Assembly: GCA_965219535.1 (NCBI GenBank) | Contig: CBDCNV010000001.1 | Coordinates: 1,020,001 to 1,052,000 of the forward strand | Origin: Opitutales bacterium | GTDB taxonomy: Bacteria; Verrucomicrobiota; Verrucomicrobiia; Opitutales; PNEW01 | Length of the DNA stretch: 32,000 nucleotides | Reading direction: 5' to 3' | Shown here: positions 9,940 through 17,544 of the stretch, piece by piece | How the letters are laid out: each line of letters opens with the position of its first letter | Position numbering within the stretch: position 1 is the stretch's first letter | The notes under the pieces: model-generated | Seen by the model: only the letters and a program-made list of their open reading frames with translations | Told to the model about the DNA's origin: nothing | Databases searched by the model: none | Position numbers and translations under genes: made by a program

Positions 9940-10845
9940 TCAGGTTGCGCGCTGACTGTCTTTTATCTCGATTGGTGGATTTTCGAGCTCTAATTGCTGA
10001 TGGTATATTGAACTGGGTTTATCAGCTGCTGGAGCTGGGATACGAACAGGAGTTTCGGTTAGACGCGGTTCAATTGTTAGCTCACCCCGGATAATTTCAT
10101 TCGTAAATTGTTCCAGTACCTCATTACTTTTGTTAAGTACTATGATCGGCCACGCATCCAACGCGCAGTACTGGGCCAACAGCAATCGTCGCGGTCGGTT
10201 AGACGTGTTGATCGCGGAACCGTGAAGCATGCGAACATGATGAATGGATATGCCGCCTGCTTTTAACTCAATGGGCACAGCACCTTCGGGTTTGAAATTT
10301 GGATCGGTTACGGCGCCGATAAATTTTCCGTTCTGATGGTGACTATAAATTTTACCTTTATGTGACCCGGGAATGACCATCAAACATCCGTTTTCTGTGG
10401 TCATGTCATCGATTGCGACGCCTACGGCAAGAAGGTCATCATTGGTATGCGGATAAAATGCCCAGTCCTGGTGCCATTGTACAGGACTGCCAAGTTTGTC
10501 CAATTTCATATTTAATTTATGTCCGTTAGAGCGGAGACCATAGCCGATCAATTGAGATACTATCGCGAGTATTCTTCCGTGGTGGAGCGAATCATTATAT
10601 ACGGGATGTTGTTTAAAAGGATTTTTAATTCGGCGTAGCTGAGGATTATCCGGGCTGTGCTCGGGCTCCAGGTCGAATACATCATCCGACTCTGTAACCG
10701 CCCGCGATTTCTCAACTAGTTCGCTCGTCACGCGGCGGAGATCGTTAACCTCCTCTTCAGACAACACGCCTTCAACTCCAATATATCCCTGTGAATGATA
10801 GAATTCTATTTGTTCGTCGGTTAGTACGTATTCCTCAGTAAGCAT
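9940..10845 (-). CDS. Phytanoyl-CoA dioxygenase (PhyH) family Fe(II)/2-oxoglutarate dioxygenase
   Basis: 301-aa ORF with the HxD iron motif in VQWHQDWAFYP, a distal His in ISIHHVRMLHGS, and PhyH-like length. Confidence 0.8.
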   Translation of the reverse strand: MLTEEYVLTDEQIEFYHSQGYIGVEGVLSEEEVNDLRRVTSELVEKSRAVTESDDVFDLEPEHSPDNPQLRRIKNPFKQHPVYNDSLHHGRILAIVSQLIGYGLRSNGHKLNMKLDKLGSPVQWHQDWAFYPHTNDDLLAVGVAIDDMTTENGCLMVIPGSHKGKIYSHHQNGKFIGAVTDPNFKPEGAVPIELKAGGISIHHVRMLHGSAINTSNRPRRLLLAQYCALDAWPIIVLNKSNEVLEQFTNEIIRGELTIEPRLTETPVRIPAPAADKPSSIYHQQLELENPPIEIKDSQRAT

Positions 10846-11045
10846 AATTGATCCTTAGCTTGGTTAGAAAATATGTATGATTAAAGTGTGATTTTCAGTG
10901 TATTAGAATACCAGAGAGTAAGATAAAGTTGCTGACTCAATGCATGGCAATGTAAATTACTGAGTCATAAGAGATTTTAAACGTATTTTTGCTCTTGTGA
11001 AGTTTATTTTTGGCAAATGACAATTAATCGTAAATTATTTCGCTT

Positions 11046-12095
11046 ATGATACTAGGGATTGAAAGTTCCTGTGATGAATCTGCGCTGGCATTATTTGATG
11101 AACAGAGGGGGTTTGTTGGTGAATGGGTGCACTCGCAAATCGCTATTCACGAAAATTACGGAGGTATCGTCCCCGATTTAGCCAGTCGCGAGCATTTAAA
11201 GAAATTTCCCTTATTATTGGATGAGATGCAAACAACACTGGACGTTAATGCTGTTAATCGTATCGCGGTGACTTGCGGACCGGGACTTGCCGGTTGCCTG
11301 GCTATGGGAATAGCCCTTGCTAAGAGTTTAGCCTTGGCATGGCAGATTTCATTAGTGGGAGTCAATCATCTGCGCGGTCACGCCTATTCACCGTTTATCC
11401 TTTTACATCAGAATGATCCCTCTCAATTTGATATAAATCTACAAAAATGCCTTCCCCATCTTGGTCTCATTGTCTCAGGCGGAAATACAATTCTCTTCAG
11501 GCTTAATGAAAACCGTTCGCTGGAGATTCTCGCTCAGACGGTGGACGATGCGGCTGGTGAAGCGCTGGATAAGGGCGCAAAATTACTGGGAATGAAGTAT
11601 CCCGGAGGCCCACTTATTGAAGAACACGCGGAACGGGGTAACAATAAAGCTTTTGATTTCCCCAGAGCCTATTTTCACAGCGATGAGTTGAAATTCAGTT
11701 TTTCAGGATTAAAAACAAGCCTTCGCTATCGCTTGGAAAAAATTAGTGATGATAACCTTGAGACTTTAATGCCCGATATCTGTGCCAGTTATCAGGAAGC
11801 GGTCGTTCAAGCTTTAGCGCGAAAAACTGAACAGGTTTTAACGTGTTCGTCATTTGCCAGTTTAGGTTTATCTGGCGGTGTCGCTAATAATAAACGCCTG
11901 CGAGCGGTATTTAATACTCTCGCTCAAAGCCATGAAATTCCACTTTTTATAGCTGAGCCCGCTCATACGGGTGATAACGCTGCGATGATCGCTTTTGATG
12001 CTTACGCCGACTCGATGGGGACGATTCCATCGGAAAATTTTGATTTATCTTTCCATCCATCCTTAAGCCTAAGTCCAGAGAATTCAGCGGTTTAA
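11046..12095 (+). CDS. tsaD: tRNA N6-adenosine threonylcarbamoyltransferase
   Basis: 349-aa ORF with the N-terminus MILGIESSCDESA, the GVNHLRGH metal motif and a GGVANN C-terminal motif, as in the Kae1/TsaD family. Confidence 0.93.
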   Translation: MILGIESSCDESALALFDEQRGFVGEWVHSQIAIHENYGGIVPDLASREHLKKFPLLLDEMQTTLDVNAVNRIAVTCGPGLAGCLAMGIALAKSLALAWQISLVGVNHLRGHAYSPFILLHQNDPSQFDINLQKCLPHLGLIVSGGNTILFRLNENRSLEILAQTVDDAAGEALDKGAKLLGMKYPGGPLIEEHAERGNNKAFDFPRAYFHSDELKFSFSGLKTSLRYRLEKISDDNLETLMPDICASYQEAVVQALARKTEQVLTCSSFASLGLSGGVANNKRLRAVFNTLAQSHEIPLFIAEPAHTGDNAAMIAFDAYADSMGTIPSENFDLSFHPSLSLSPENSAV

Positions 12096-12175
12096 GTTGA
12101 AACCCGTTTTATCTTTACTATATTACCCTAATTAGTAAATTGCACACTCCCAAACGAGAAAATGGGTTTCTAGAG

Positions 12176-13888
12176 ATGAAATCAGTGAATGAAACAATGC
12201 AGAACCCCTCAAAAGTGGAGGGAATTAAAGACGCCAGCGATTATCTGCGTGGCACCATACTGGAGGGCCTCGCGGACGACACGACCGGAGAAATCGCTAA
12301 AAGCGATACGCAATTAACTAAATTTCACGGAATTTATCAGCAGGACGACCGGGATCTGCGTCGTGAAAAGCGTCAACAGAAGCTTGAGAAAGCGTTTAGT
12401 TTTATGGTCCGCATTCGCAATCCGGGGGGCATATGCAGTCCTGATAGTTGGCTGATGGTTGATGAGATCGCGGATAAGTACGCCAACGGATCCATCAGAT
12501 TAACGAGCCGTCAATCTTTTCAACTTCACGGTGTCCTCAAGGGCAATCTCAAAAAAACGATTAAGGAGATCAATGATGGTCTACTCGATACGATTGCGGC
12601 CTGTGGAGACGTCAATCGCAACGTCATGTGCAACCCCAATCCTTATCAATCGAAAGTGCATGAAGCTGTATATGAAGTGGCGAAAGCTATCAGTAATCAT
12701 ATGACTCCCCAGACGCATGCTTATCACGAAATATGGCTGAATGGGGAATTGGTAGGGGGTGCCAAAGAAGATGAGGATGTGGAACCCATTTACGGTAAAA
12801 CCTATCTTCCGCGAAAATTTAAAACCTCAATCGCCGTCCCGCCGAGTAATGATGTAGATTTATTCAGCCAGGATTTAAGCTTTATTGCGATTGTAGAAGA
12901 TGACAAACTGGTTGGTTTTAATGTCACAACCGGCGGGGGCATGGGGATGGATCATAATAAACCGGAGACCTATCCGCGCCTTGCCGATGTTATAGGCTAT
13001 ATAACACCTGAGCAAGTCATCCCGATCGCGGAAGCCGTGGTTACTACACAGCGCGATTATGGCGATCGCAGTAATCGCAAGCATGCACGCCTTAAGTATA
13101 CGATTGAAGATCGAGGTCTTGAATGGTTCAAGGGAGAAGTGGAGTCTCGATCTGGGATTAAGCTTCAACCTGAGCGCCCCTATAAGTTCGACACCACCGC
13201 GGATCGATATGGTTGGAGCAAGGGTACTAATGGCTTTTGGAATGTTAATCTGTTTATTGAAAACGGGCGGATTAAAGATACGGATGATTTTAAAATTAAG
13301 ACAGGTTTGAAGGAAATCGCAAAAATTCACAAAGGTGATATGCGTGTCACGCCGAATCAGAATCTGATTATAGGAAATATTACAGATGAGGTTCGGGCGA
13401 CAATAGAGGATCTACTTAAGAAATATCGAATATTTGAAAGTTACAATCAATCTGCCTTAAGGCTCAATTCTATGGCCTGCGTGGCTTTGCCTACTTGTGG
13501 CCTGGCACTTGCGGAGAGCGAGCGTCAGCTTCCCGATATCATATCAAAATTAGAATTAGCAATAGAGGAATCTGGATTGCGTGATGATGCGATCAGCATC
13601 CGCATGACTGGCTGCCCCAATGGATGTGTTCGACCCTATCTCGGTGAGATCGGCCTAGTGGGTCGCTCGCCAGGTAAATATAATATCTATCTTGGAGCTA
13701 AGATCGACGGAACACGGCTCAACAAATTATACAAGAAAGCAGATACGGTCGATGAGGTCATTGAGGAACTATCACCGATTATTAGGCACTATGCAACGGA
13801 AAGAAAAACGGGAGAAGAGTTCGGTGATTTTGTTATCCGCAAGGAATACGTCAAAGCTACGCTTGCCGGGCGAGAGTTCCATGATTGA
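12176..13888 (+). CDS. cysI: Assimilatory sulfite reductase hemoprotein beta component
   Basis: The protein is collinear with CysI throughout (FHGIYQQDDRD, TYLPRKFK, VVTTQRDYGDRSNRKHARLKYT). The siroheme/4Fe-4S cysteines are present (CVALPTCGLA, TGCPNGC). ATG at 12176 is preferred over the TTG at 12140 used by the ORF track. Confidence 0.93.
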   Translation: MKSVNETMQNPSKVEGIKDASDYLRGTILEGLADDTTGEIAKSDTQLTKFHGIYQQDDRDLRREKRQQKLEKAFSFMVRIRNPGGICSPDSWLMVDEIADKYANGSIRLTSRQSFQLHGVLKGNLKKTIKEINDGLLDTIAACGDVNRNVMCNPNPYQSKVHEAVYEVAKAISNHMTPQTHAYHEIWLNGELVGGAKEDEDVEPIYGKTYLPRKFKTSIAVPPSNDVDLFSQDLSFIAIVEDDKLVGFNVTTGGGMGMDHNKPETYPRLADVIGYITPEQVIPIAEAVVTTQRDYGDRSNRKHARLKYTIEDRGLEWFKGEVESRSGIKLQPERPYKFDTTADRYGWSKGTNGFWNVNLFIENGRIKDTDDFKIKTGLKEIAKIHKGDMRVTPNQNLIIGNITDEVRATIEDLLKKYRIFESYNQSALRLNSMACVALPTCGLALAESERQLPDIISKLELAIEESGLRDDAISIRMTGCPNGCVRPYLGEIGLVGRSPGKYNIYLGAKIDGTRLNKLYKKADTVDEVIEELSPIIRHYATERKTGEEFGDFVIRKEYVKATLAGREFHD

Positions 13889-13891
13889 TGC

Positions 13892-14866
13892 GTGCAAACG
13901 ATAGGCATTGCAAGTTTTGAGGAGCAGGCAGCGGCATTCGACCATTCGGTAACCGCGACACCGAAAATTTCCACTTTTTGTTCAAGCAGTGACTGGATAT
14001 TATCTGCTCATAAAAATTTACATCCACCGCGAGAAACATTGGTCCATGAAGATGACGATCATTGGCTGACGCTCACTCAAGGGCCTCTCTTCCATCTAAG
14101 TAATGTTATACAGCCGATGGAGTCAGCCTGGTGCTTTAGCTGTCCCCTCATCGGTCCTGATCCCAGGCATAGTGTCAGTCTGCTTCTTAAGCTGCTAAGG
14201 CGTCGTAAGGAAGATATTTCTCTATTATTACTTGGTGGTATTCCTCGCGGTTCAAAAATGCATGCCGACTGCTATCAGTATATAGGTAAATTTTTCCGCA
14301 TTCAGGCTTTCCCGGGAAGCGATTGCTGTGAGGCAAGTCTCAAAGGAGGTGCAGACGGTTATCTCTCGCGACGCAGTGTCAGCTTCCGGGCGTCGTTGAG
14401 ATCGGGCATGCGAAAAGCGATAAAAGAAGGGGTTGAATTCGAACGCTTATCCGGTAACCTGGACGGAAACAGCATACTGAATCGTGTGCTTTCGGTTGAG
14501 ATGCGGTCGTGGAAACATGGAGTGGGAGAAAGTGTCTTCCGACATCATGATCACTACCAGTTTTATCGGGACCTAATCAGGCGAACCACGAGTAAGGGGT
14601 TATTGCGAGCGGTTTTTGCCAGGCGAGAGGGTGAGGATATTGCCTACGTGATAGGAGGAATTCTGGGACGCAAATATCGCGGATTCCAAATGGGTTTTGA
14701 CTCCTCTATGAGAGCAATGGGAGCAGGTAATTTGGTTCAATTTGAATTGATTGAAGCCCTCTGCGATGAAGGTGTGGAGTACTATGATTTAGGAATGGAT
14801 ATGAATTATAAAAGGCGTTGGGCCGAGAATCGGCTTGAATTTGTCAACCTTCTCGTGACCCCTTGA
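13892..14866 (+). CDS. GNAT-fold acyltransferase, CelD/BioF2-like (FemAB-type) family
   Basis: 324-aa ORF. The C-terminal ~140 aa resemble the Acetyltransf_6 / CelD-like family (GGILGRKYRGFQMGFD, GAGNLVQFELIE, YDLGMDMNYKRRW). It has a GTG start 3 nt after the cysI stop. Confidence 0.65.
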   Translation: MQTIGIASFEEQAAAFDHSVTATPKISTFCSSSDWILSAHKNLHPPRETLVHEDDDHWLTLTQGPLFHLSNVIQPMESAWCFSCPLIGPDPRHSVSLLLKLLRRRKEDISLLLLGGIPRGSKMHADCYQYIGKFFRIQAFPGSDCCEASLKGGADGYLSRRSVSFRASLRSGMRKAIKEGVEFERLSGNLDGNSILNRVLSVEMRSWKHGVGESVFRHHDHYQFYRDLIRRTTSKGLLRAVFARREGEDIAYVIGGILGRKYRGFQMGFDSSMRAMGAGNLVQFELIEALCDEGVEYYDLGMDMNYKRRWAENRLEFVNLLVTP

Positions 14867-14967
14867 GGGTGGGAGGTGTTTTCGAAAAAGCGTAAACGTG
14901 TGTATGCGGTAGAACTATCTACGGCTTCGGCTTCGTTCCCTATTACTTCATAAATATTGCAACCTAA

Positions 14968-15072
14968 GGTGGAGCGGGCTGCCTGCCAACCATAGCCTTG
15001 GCGAAGGTTGGTCCCTGGCACGCTTCTTTACTTACTACACTCTTCAACGCGGTAGGGACACCGCGTTCCACC
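14968..15072. repeat. GC-rich structured or palindromic element (REP/MITE-like, or an unknown ncRNA)
   Basis: GGTGG (14968-14972) can pair with CCACC (15068-15072). Internal stems are CCAACC/GGTTGG (14986-14991 / 15006-15011) and a perfect 8-bp hairpin AACGCGGT-AGGGAC-ACCGCGTT (15046-15067). It lies in a convergent intergenic spacer. Confidence 0.35.
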
Positions 15073-15083
15073 ATTATATTATA

Positions 15084-15110
15084 AGGCGTTTATGCCTTCA
15101 ACATACGTAA
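15084..15110 (+). repeat. Left terminal inverted repeat AGGCGTTTATGCCTTCAACATACGTAA
   Basis: A hand alignment to the reverse complement of 18264-18290 (AGGCGTATGTACCTTCAGCATACGTAA) gives 23/27 matches. Confidence 0.6.
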
Positions 15111-15205
15111 CGAAAAATGAATAAAATTAATACTGATAAGAAATTATTAAAAGAAGAAGTGAACAAATATACTAAATGTCTAAAAGCTTATCTGGAAGCA
15201 TTAGG

Positions 15206-15472
15206 TTATTCAGTAAATTGTGATAAAGCTGAAAGATGATCTTCAATTGAAGTTTCAAAACCTTTTAGATAGTCTACATTGGTAGAAGGAGATTTGCGTT
15301 TAAAGGTTTTATTGTTATCAATCCAGTCACCTTTAAACAAATCTAAATTATTGTTTTTTGATTCTTTAATAAGAGTTAAAGCTAGAAAATTCAATATGGA
15401 TTGAGTTCCTTCAAGCTGGCCTTTTAAATAGTTCAGTTCTGATCTTGTGTTCTTGTCCTCTATATATTCCAT
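15206..15472 (-). CDS. Hypothetical 88-aa protein (island cargo)
   Basis: ORF with an AGGA 6 nt upstream of the ATG. It is divergent from the 2-TM gene. No recognisable motif. Confidence 0.5.
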   Translation of the reverse strand: MEYIEDKNTRSELNYLKGQLEGTQSILNFLALTLIKESKNNNLDLFKGDWIDNNKTFKRKSPSTNVDYLKGFETSIEDHLSALSQFTE

Positions 15473-15596
15473 GGTTTATCCTTTGTTTATTGAAGTAGGG
15501 TTTGATACACTAAATAATTCTGATCAAATAAACCTCTAATAGTCTATATTATTTATAAATACAGACTTGGAATTGAATAATTATTTTGAATTTTAC

Positions 15597-15625
15597 TTGA
15601 CCGTCCTTCCTTCTATTCTTATATT
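15597..15625 (+). promoter_or_regulatory. Sigma70-like promoter TTGACC-17 nt-TATATT, predicted to give a leaderless mRNA
   Basis: The -35 is at 15597-15602 and the -10 at 15620-15625. The ATG at 15631 lies only 5 nt after the -10 hexamer. Confidence 0.5.
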
Positions 15626-15630
15626 ATGGT

Positions 15631-16140
15631 ATGATTAATCAAATAAGTAAAGTTTCCAGAAACAGGGCGTGGCTTGGACTTTTAGATACTAAAAGGGAGG
15701 CTAGGTATTTTACTTTGTTATCAGATAATATGCGGAAAAAAGATTTGGGATTTTCTGGTATTATATCTATTGGGGCTTTTTTTACTTCTGTATTAATATT
15801 ATCTGAGTTATCAGTTAATATAGGGGCTTGGATAAGTGTGGCGGTAACTGCGTTTGCAGGATGGGGAATTGTTCTTAAGTATTCTTACAAATCTGCTATA
15901 GCTTCTTCATTATCTAATAAATGTTTTGATTTAGCTCTTGATTGGCAACGATTGTGGGAGAATATTGATAATTTGGATAATGATAAAGCCATTTCAAAAA
16001 TTGAAGAATTAGAAAAAAAGGCATTTGAAATAACAGAATGTTCACCACGTGATCTTGGCCATAAAGAAAAACTTAATATAAAATCTGCTGAATATGTTTA
16101 TGCCACTATTTGTCACGAATACCCAAATGTTTCTCTATAA
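15631..16140 (+). CDS. Two-TM membrane protein with SLATT-like architecture (hypothetical)
   Basis: 169 aa. The layout is a basic N-terminal helix (RNRAWLGLLDTKREARYF), two adjacent hydrophobic helices (GFSGIISIGAFFTSVLILSEL; IGAWISVAVTAFAGWGIVL), then an ~85-aa helical acidic tail. A strong promoter lies directly upstream. Confidence 0.7.
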   Translation: MINQISKVSRNRAWLGLLDTKREARYFTLLSDNMRKKDLGFSGIISIGAFFTSVLILSELSVNIGAWISVAVTAFAGWGIVLKYSYKSAIASSLSNKCFDLALDWQRLWENIDNLDNDKAISKIEELEKKAFEITECSPRDLGHKEKLNIKSAEYVYATICHEYPNVSL

Positions 16141-16150
16141 TTTTTGATTT

Positions 16151-16297
16151 ATGGATGAAGAAGAATCATTTGTTACTAATGAGCCAAGGTCATTGCCTAG
16201 ACCACCATATCCACCGCCACCGCCACCGCCACCGCCTGATCCACCACCTGATCCACCGCCTGATCCACCACCACCGCCTGATAAAGATAAATCTTAG
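16151..16297 (+). CDS. Possible 48-aa poly-proline mini-ORF (MDEEESFVTNEPRSLPRPPYPPPPPPPPPDPPPDPPPDPPPPPDKDKS)
   Basis: ATG lies 10 nt after the upstream stop. The frame is open through the CCACCGCC(TGAT) repeat tract. It is below the 60-aa cut-off of the ORF track. No RBS is visible. Confidence 0.3.
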   Translation: MDEEESFVTNEPRSLPRPPYPPPPPPPPPDPPPDPPPDPPPPPDKDKS

Positions 16298-16497
16298 ATA
16301 TAAAATATCTGCATGAGTCTTGACATAGATTCATCAGATTTTCGTTTAACATTAGATCAAAAAATAATCACCTAAAAACGCAATGAACCTTAAAGAAGCT
16401 AACACGCCAAAGAAGCTCAATCAGTTTATACAGGAACGTAAAAAGGAGCGTAAATACGTTAAAGGTGATAAGGATAAATTCGACCGTACCTTAAATT

Positions 16498-17367
16498 CTA
16501 TGATGAATTTACCGGAAAAGTCGAAATCAAAGCAGGAAACATCCGCTCAGGGTTCTTCCTGAAGTTGTAACGATATTCAAATTCCTTTGTATACTTGTTT
16601 AAATGCTTAGGTGATACATGGACATGGGTTCCTGTAATACTGCTTTTTAAGCGTGACCAGTAGCCTTCTAGGCTATTCACATGTATATCACCGCGTGCAT
16701 ATTCTTTAGCACCATGCTCTACTGTCTTATGTGTATATCCTTTCTTGGAAAGACCTTTATAGGCATACCATTCGTCAGTGCTTATAGTGCTTCCTTTTTC
16801 AACTTTCTTTAAAATTTCAGGTTCGATAGTTCTAGTTTTAGCGTCAGGTACAACCTTAGTAGCTATCTGTCCGCTACGTTCAGCTAATCCAAATATAACA
16901 GTCTTACCTTCTGCTCCGCGTCCACGTTTGCCCTTGTGCTTACCGCCTACATAGGTTTCGTCAGCTTCAATATGACCAGAAAAAACTTGGTTTCCATTTA
17001 TCAGAGACATGTGCTTACGGATCTGATGCCCCATCCGCCAAGCACATTTATAAGTAACCCCTAATTGCCTTTCTAGTTCTTTAGCTGGCACACCATGACG
17101 TGATGTAGTGAATAAGTAAATGGCATAGAACCATAGCCTAAGAGGTGTTCGTGATTTTTCAAATATGGTGCCAACCATAGGGTGAATATGATGCCCGCAC
17201 CATTGGCATGAGTATGCTTTTTCAGATTTTATTTTATACCAATTTGACTTCCTGTTACACTTTGGGCATGTGTGATCGTGTTCATAACGAGCATTAAATA
17301 AGTGGTCTAAGCAAGTATCGTCATCTGGAAATTTTTTGAAGAACTGGGTAATTGTTATCTTATTCAT
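16498..17367 (-). CDS. IS1595-family (ISXO2-like) DDE transposase with N-terminal zinc ribbon
   Basis: It has the zinc ribbon CPKCN...CQWCGH and DDE residues in EADETYVGG, STDEWYAYKG and NSLEGYWSRLK. Start MNKITITQFFKKFPDDD at 17367 is preferred over 17379, which falls inside the predicted -10 box. Confidence 0.92.
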   Translation of the reverse strand: MNKITITQFFKKFPDDDTCLDHLFNARYEHDHTCPKCNRKSNWYKIKSEKAYSCQWCGHHIHPMVGTIFEKSRTPLRLWFYAIYLFTTSRHGVPAKELERQLGVTYKCAWRMGHQIRKHMSLINGNQVFSGHIEADETYVGGKHKGKRGRGAEGKTVIFGLAERSGQIATKVVPDAKTRTIEPEILKKVEKGSTISTDEWYAYKGLSKKGYTHKTVEHGAKEYARGDIHVNSLEGYWSRLKSSITGTHVHVSPKHLNKYTKEFEYRYNFRKNPERMFPALISTFPVNSS

Positions 17368-17389
17368 GCCTATAAACATACACCATATT

Positions 17390-17413
17390 TTACGTATGTC
17401 AAGAGCAATAAAT
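17390..17413 (-). repeat. Internal degenerate third copy of the island end sequence (candidate transposase-proximal IR)
   Basis: The reverse complement ATTTATTGCTCTTGACATACGTAA aligns to the left IR GTTTATGCCTTCAACATACGTAA with about 18/23 matches and one gap. It contains the TTGACA -35 of the transposase promoter. Confidence 0.45.
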
Positions 17414-17439
17414 TAAATATTTTAAAAAAAATAATTTAG

Positions 17440-17468
17440 TTGACAGAATTAATTTTTGTATTAATACT
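17440..17468 (+). promoter_or_regulatory. Sigma70-like promoter TTGACA-16/17 nt-TAATAC(T)
   Basis: The consensus -35 is at 17440-17445 and an A/T-rich -10 at 17462-17468. It points toward the NYN gene. Confidence 0.45.
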
Positions 17469-17515
17469 TATTTCTAATAACAATACCGTTACGCCCGTAG
17501 GCGGGCACAAAATAT

Positions 17516-17543
17516 GCCCCCATTAATTTGGGGGCTTTTTTTT
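17516..17543 (+). terminator. Rho-independent terminator (GCCCCCA-TTAATT-TGGGGGC followed by T8)
   Basis: Perfect 7-bp GC stem (17516-17522 / 17529-17535), a 6-nt loop, and eight T residues (17536-17543) ending 1 nt before the NYN ATG. Confidence 0.8.
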
Positions 17544-17544
17544 A

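Noticed and set aside
12140-12175. TTG start for cysI as given by the ORF track
   Set aside because: The extra 12 residues (MHTPKRENGFLE) have no counterpart in CysI N-termini. They would also run through the 3' arm of the leader stem. ATG at 12176 is preferred, but this is not proven.
14806-15021. 71-aa minus-strand ORF (..LRQGYGWQAARSTLG..)
   Set aside because: It overlaps the GNAT 3' end and is the translation of the GC-rich palindromic element.
14968-15073. Possible tRNA, tmRNA or tRNA-like gene ending in CCACCA as an island integration target
   Set aside because: The 105-nt length is too long. There is no GTTCRA T-loop, no D-arm consensus and no anticodon stem of canonical geometry. 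The terminal hairpin has an 8-bp stem and 6-nt loop rather than 5 bp and 7 nt. It also does not resemble the SRP, 6S or RNase P cores as I remember them.
15117-15239. 40-aa plus-strand ORF just inside the island's left IR
   Set aside because: It is very short, overlaps the 3' end of the 88-aa ORF convergently, and has no start-site signals. The evidence is insufficient.
16199-16282. CRISPR-like array
   Set aside because: The repeats are 6-12 bp, contiguous and lack spacers. This is a coding-type simple sequence repeat, not a CRISPR. No cas genes are in the window.
16110-16316. 68-aa His/Arg-rich ORF, and a minus-strand Gly/Ser-rich frame, across the CCACCGCC repeat
   Set aside because: The His-rich frame overlaps the 3' end of the 2-TM gene and has no independent support. 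The Gly-rich minus frame has a stop immediately upstream (TAA) and no ATG, GTG or TTG within it. Only the poly-Pro frame has a proper ATG, and it is kept at low confidence.
16383-16562. 59-aa Lys-rich plus-strand ORF (MNLKEANTPKKLNQFIQERKKERKY..)
   Set aside because: It overlaps the 3' end of the transposase gene by 65 nt on the opposite strand. Lys-rich frames arise easily in AT-rich DNA. No RBS or promoter with proper spacing was found: the TTGACA at 16320 lacks a well-spaced -10.
16359-17435. 10-bp direct repeat AAAAAATAAT (16359-16368 and 17426-17435) as a target duplication for a transposase-only IS, and the 10-bp inverted match TCTTGACATA (16318-16327 / 17395-17404) as its IRs
   Set aside because: The A/T-only decamer is low-complexity, and the sequences just inside it are not inverted repeats. 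The TCTTGACATA match does not extend in either direction and is better explained as two TTGACA promoter boxes. The ACATACGTAA-based end copies give a more coherent picture.
17469-17515. Type III antitoxin-style tandem repeats in the NYN leader
   Set aside because: No tandem or near-tandem repeat units are visible in the ~50 nt between the promoter and the terminator. A canonical ToxI-like array is therefore not present. The architecture is reported only as an analogy.
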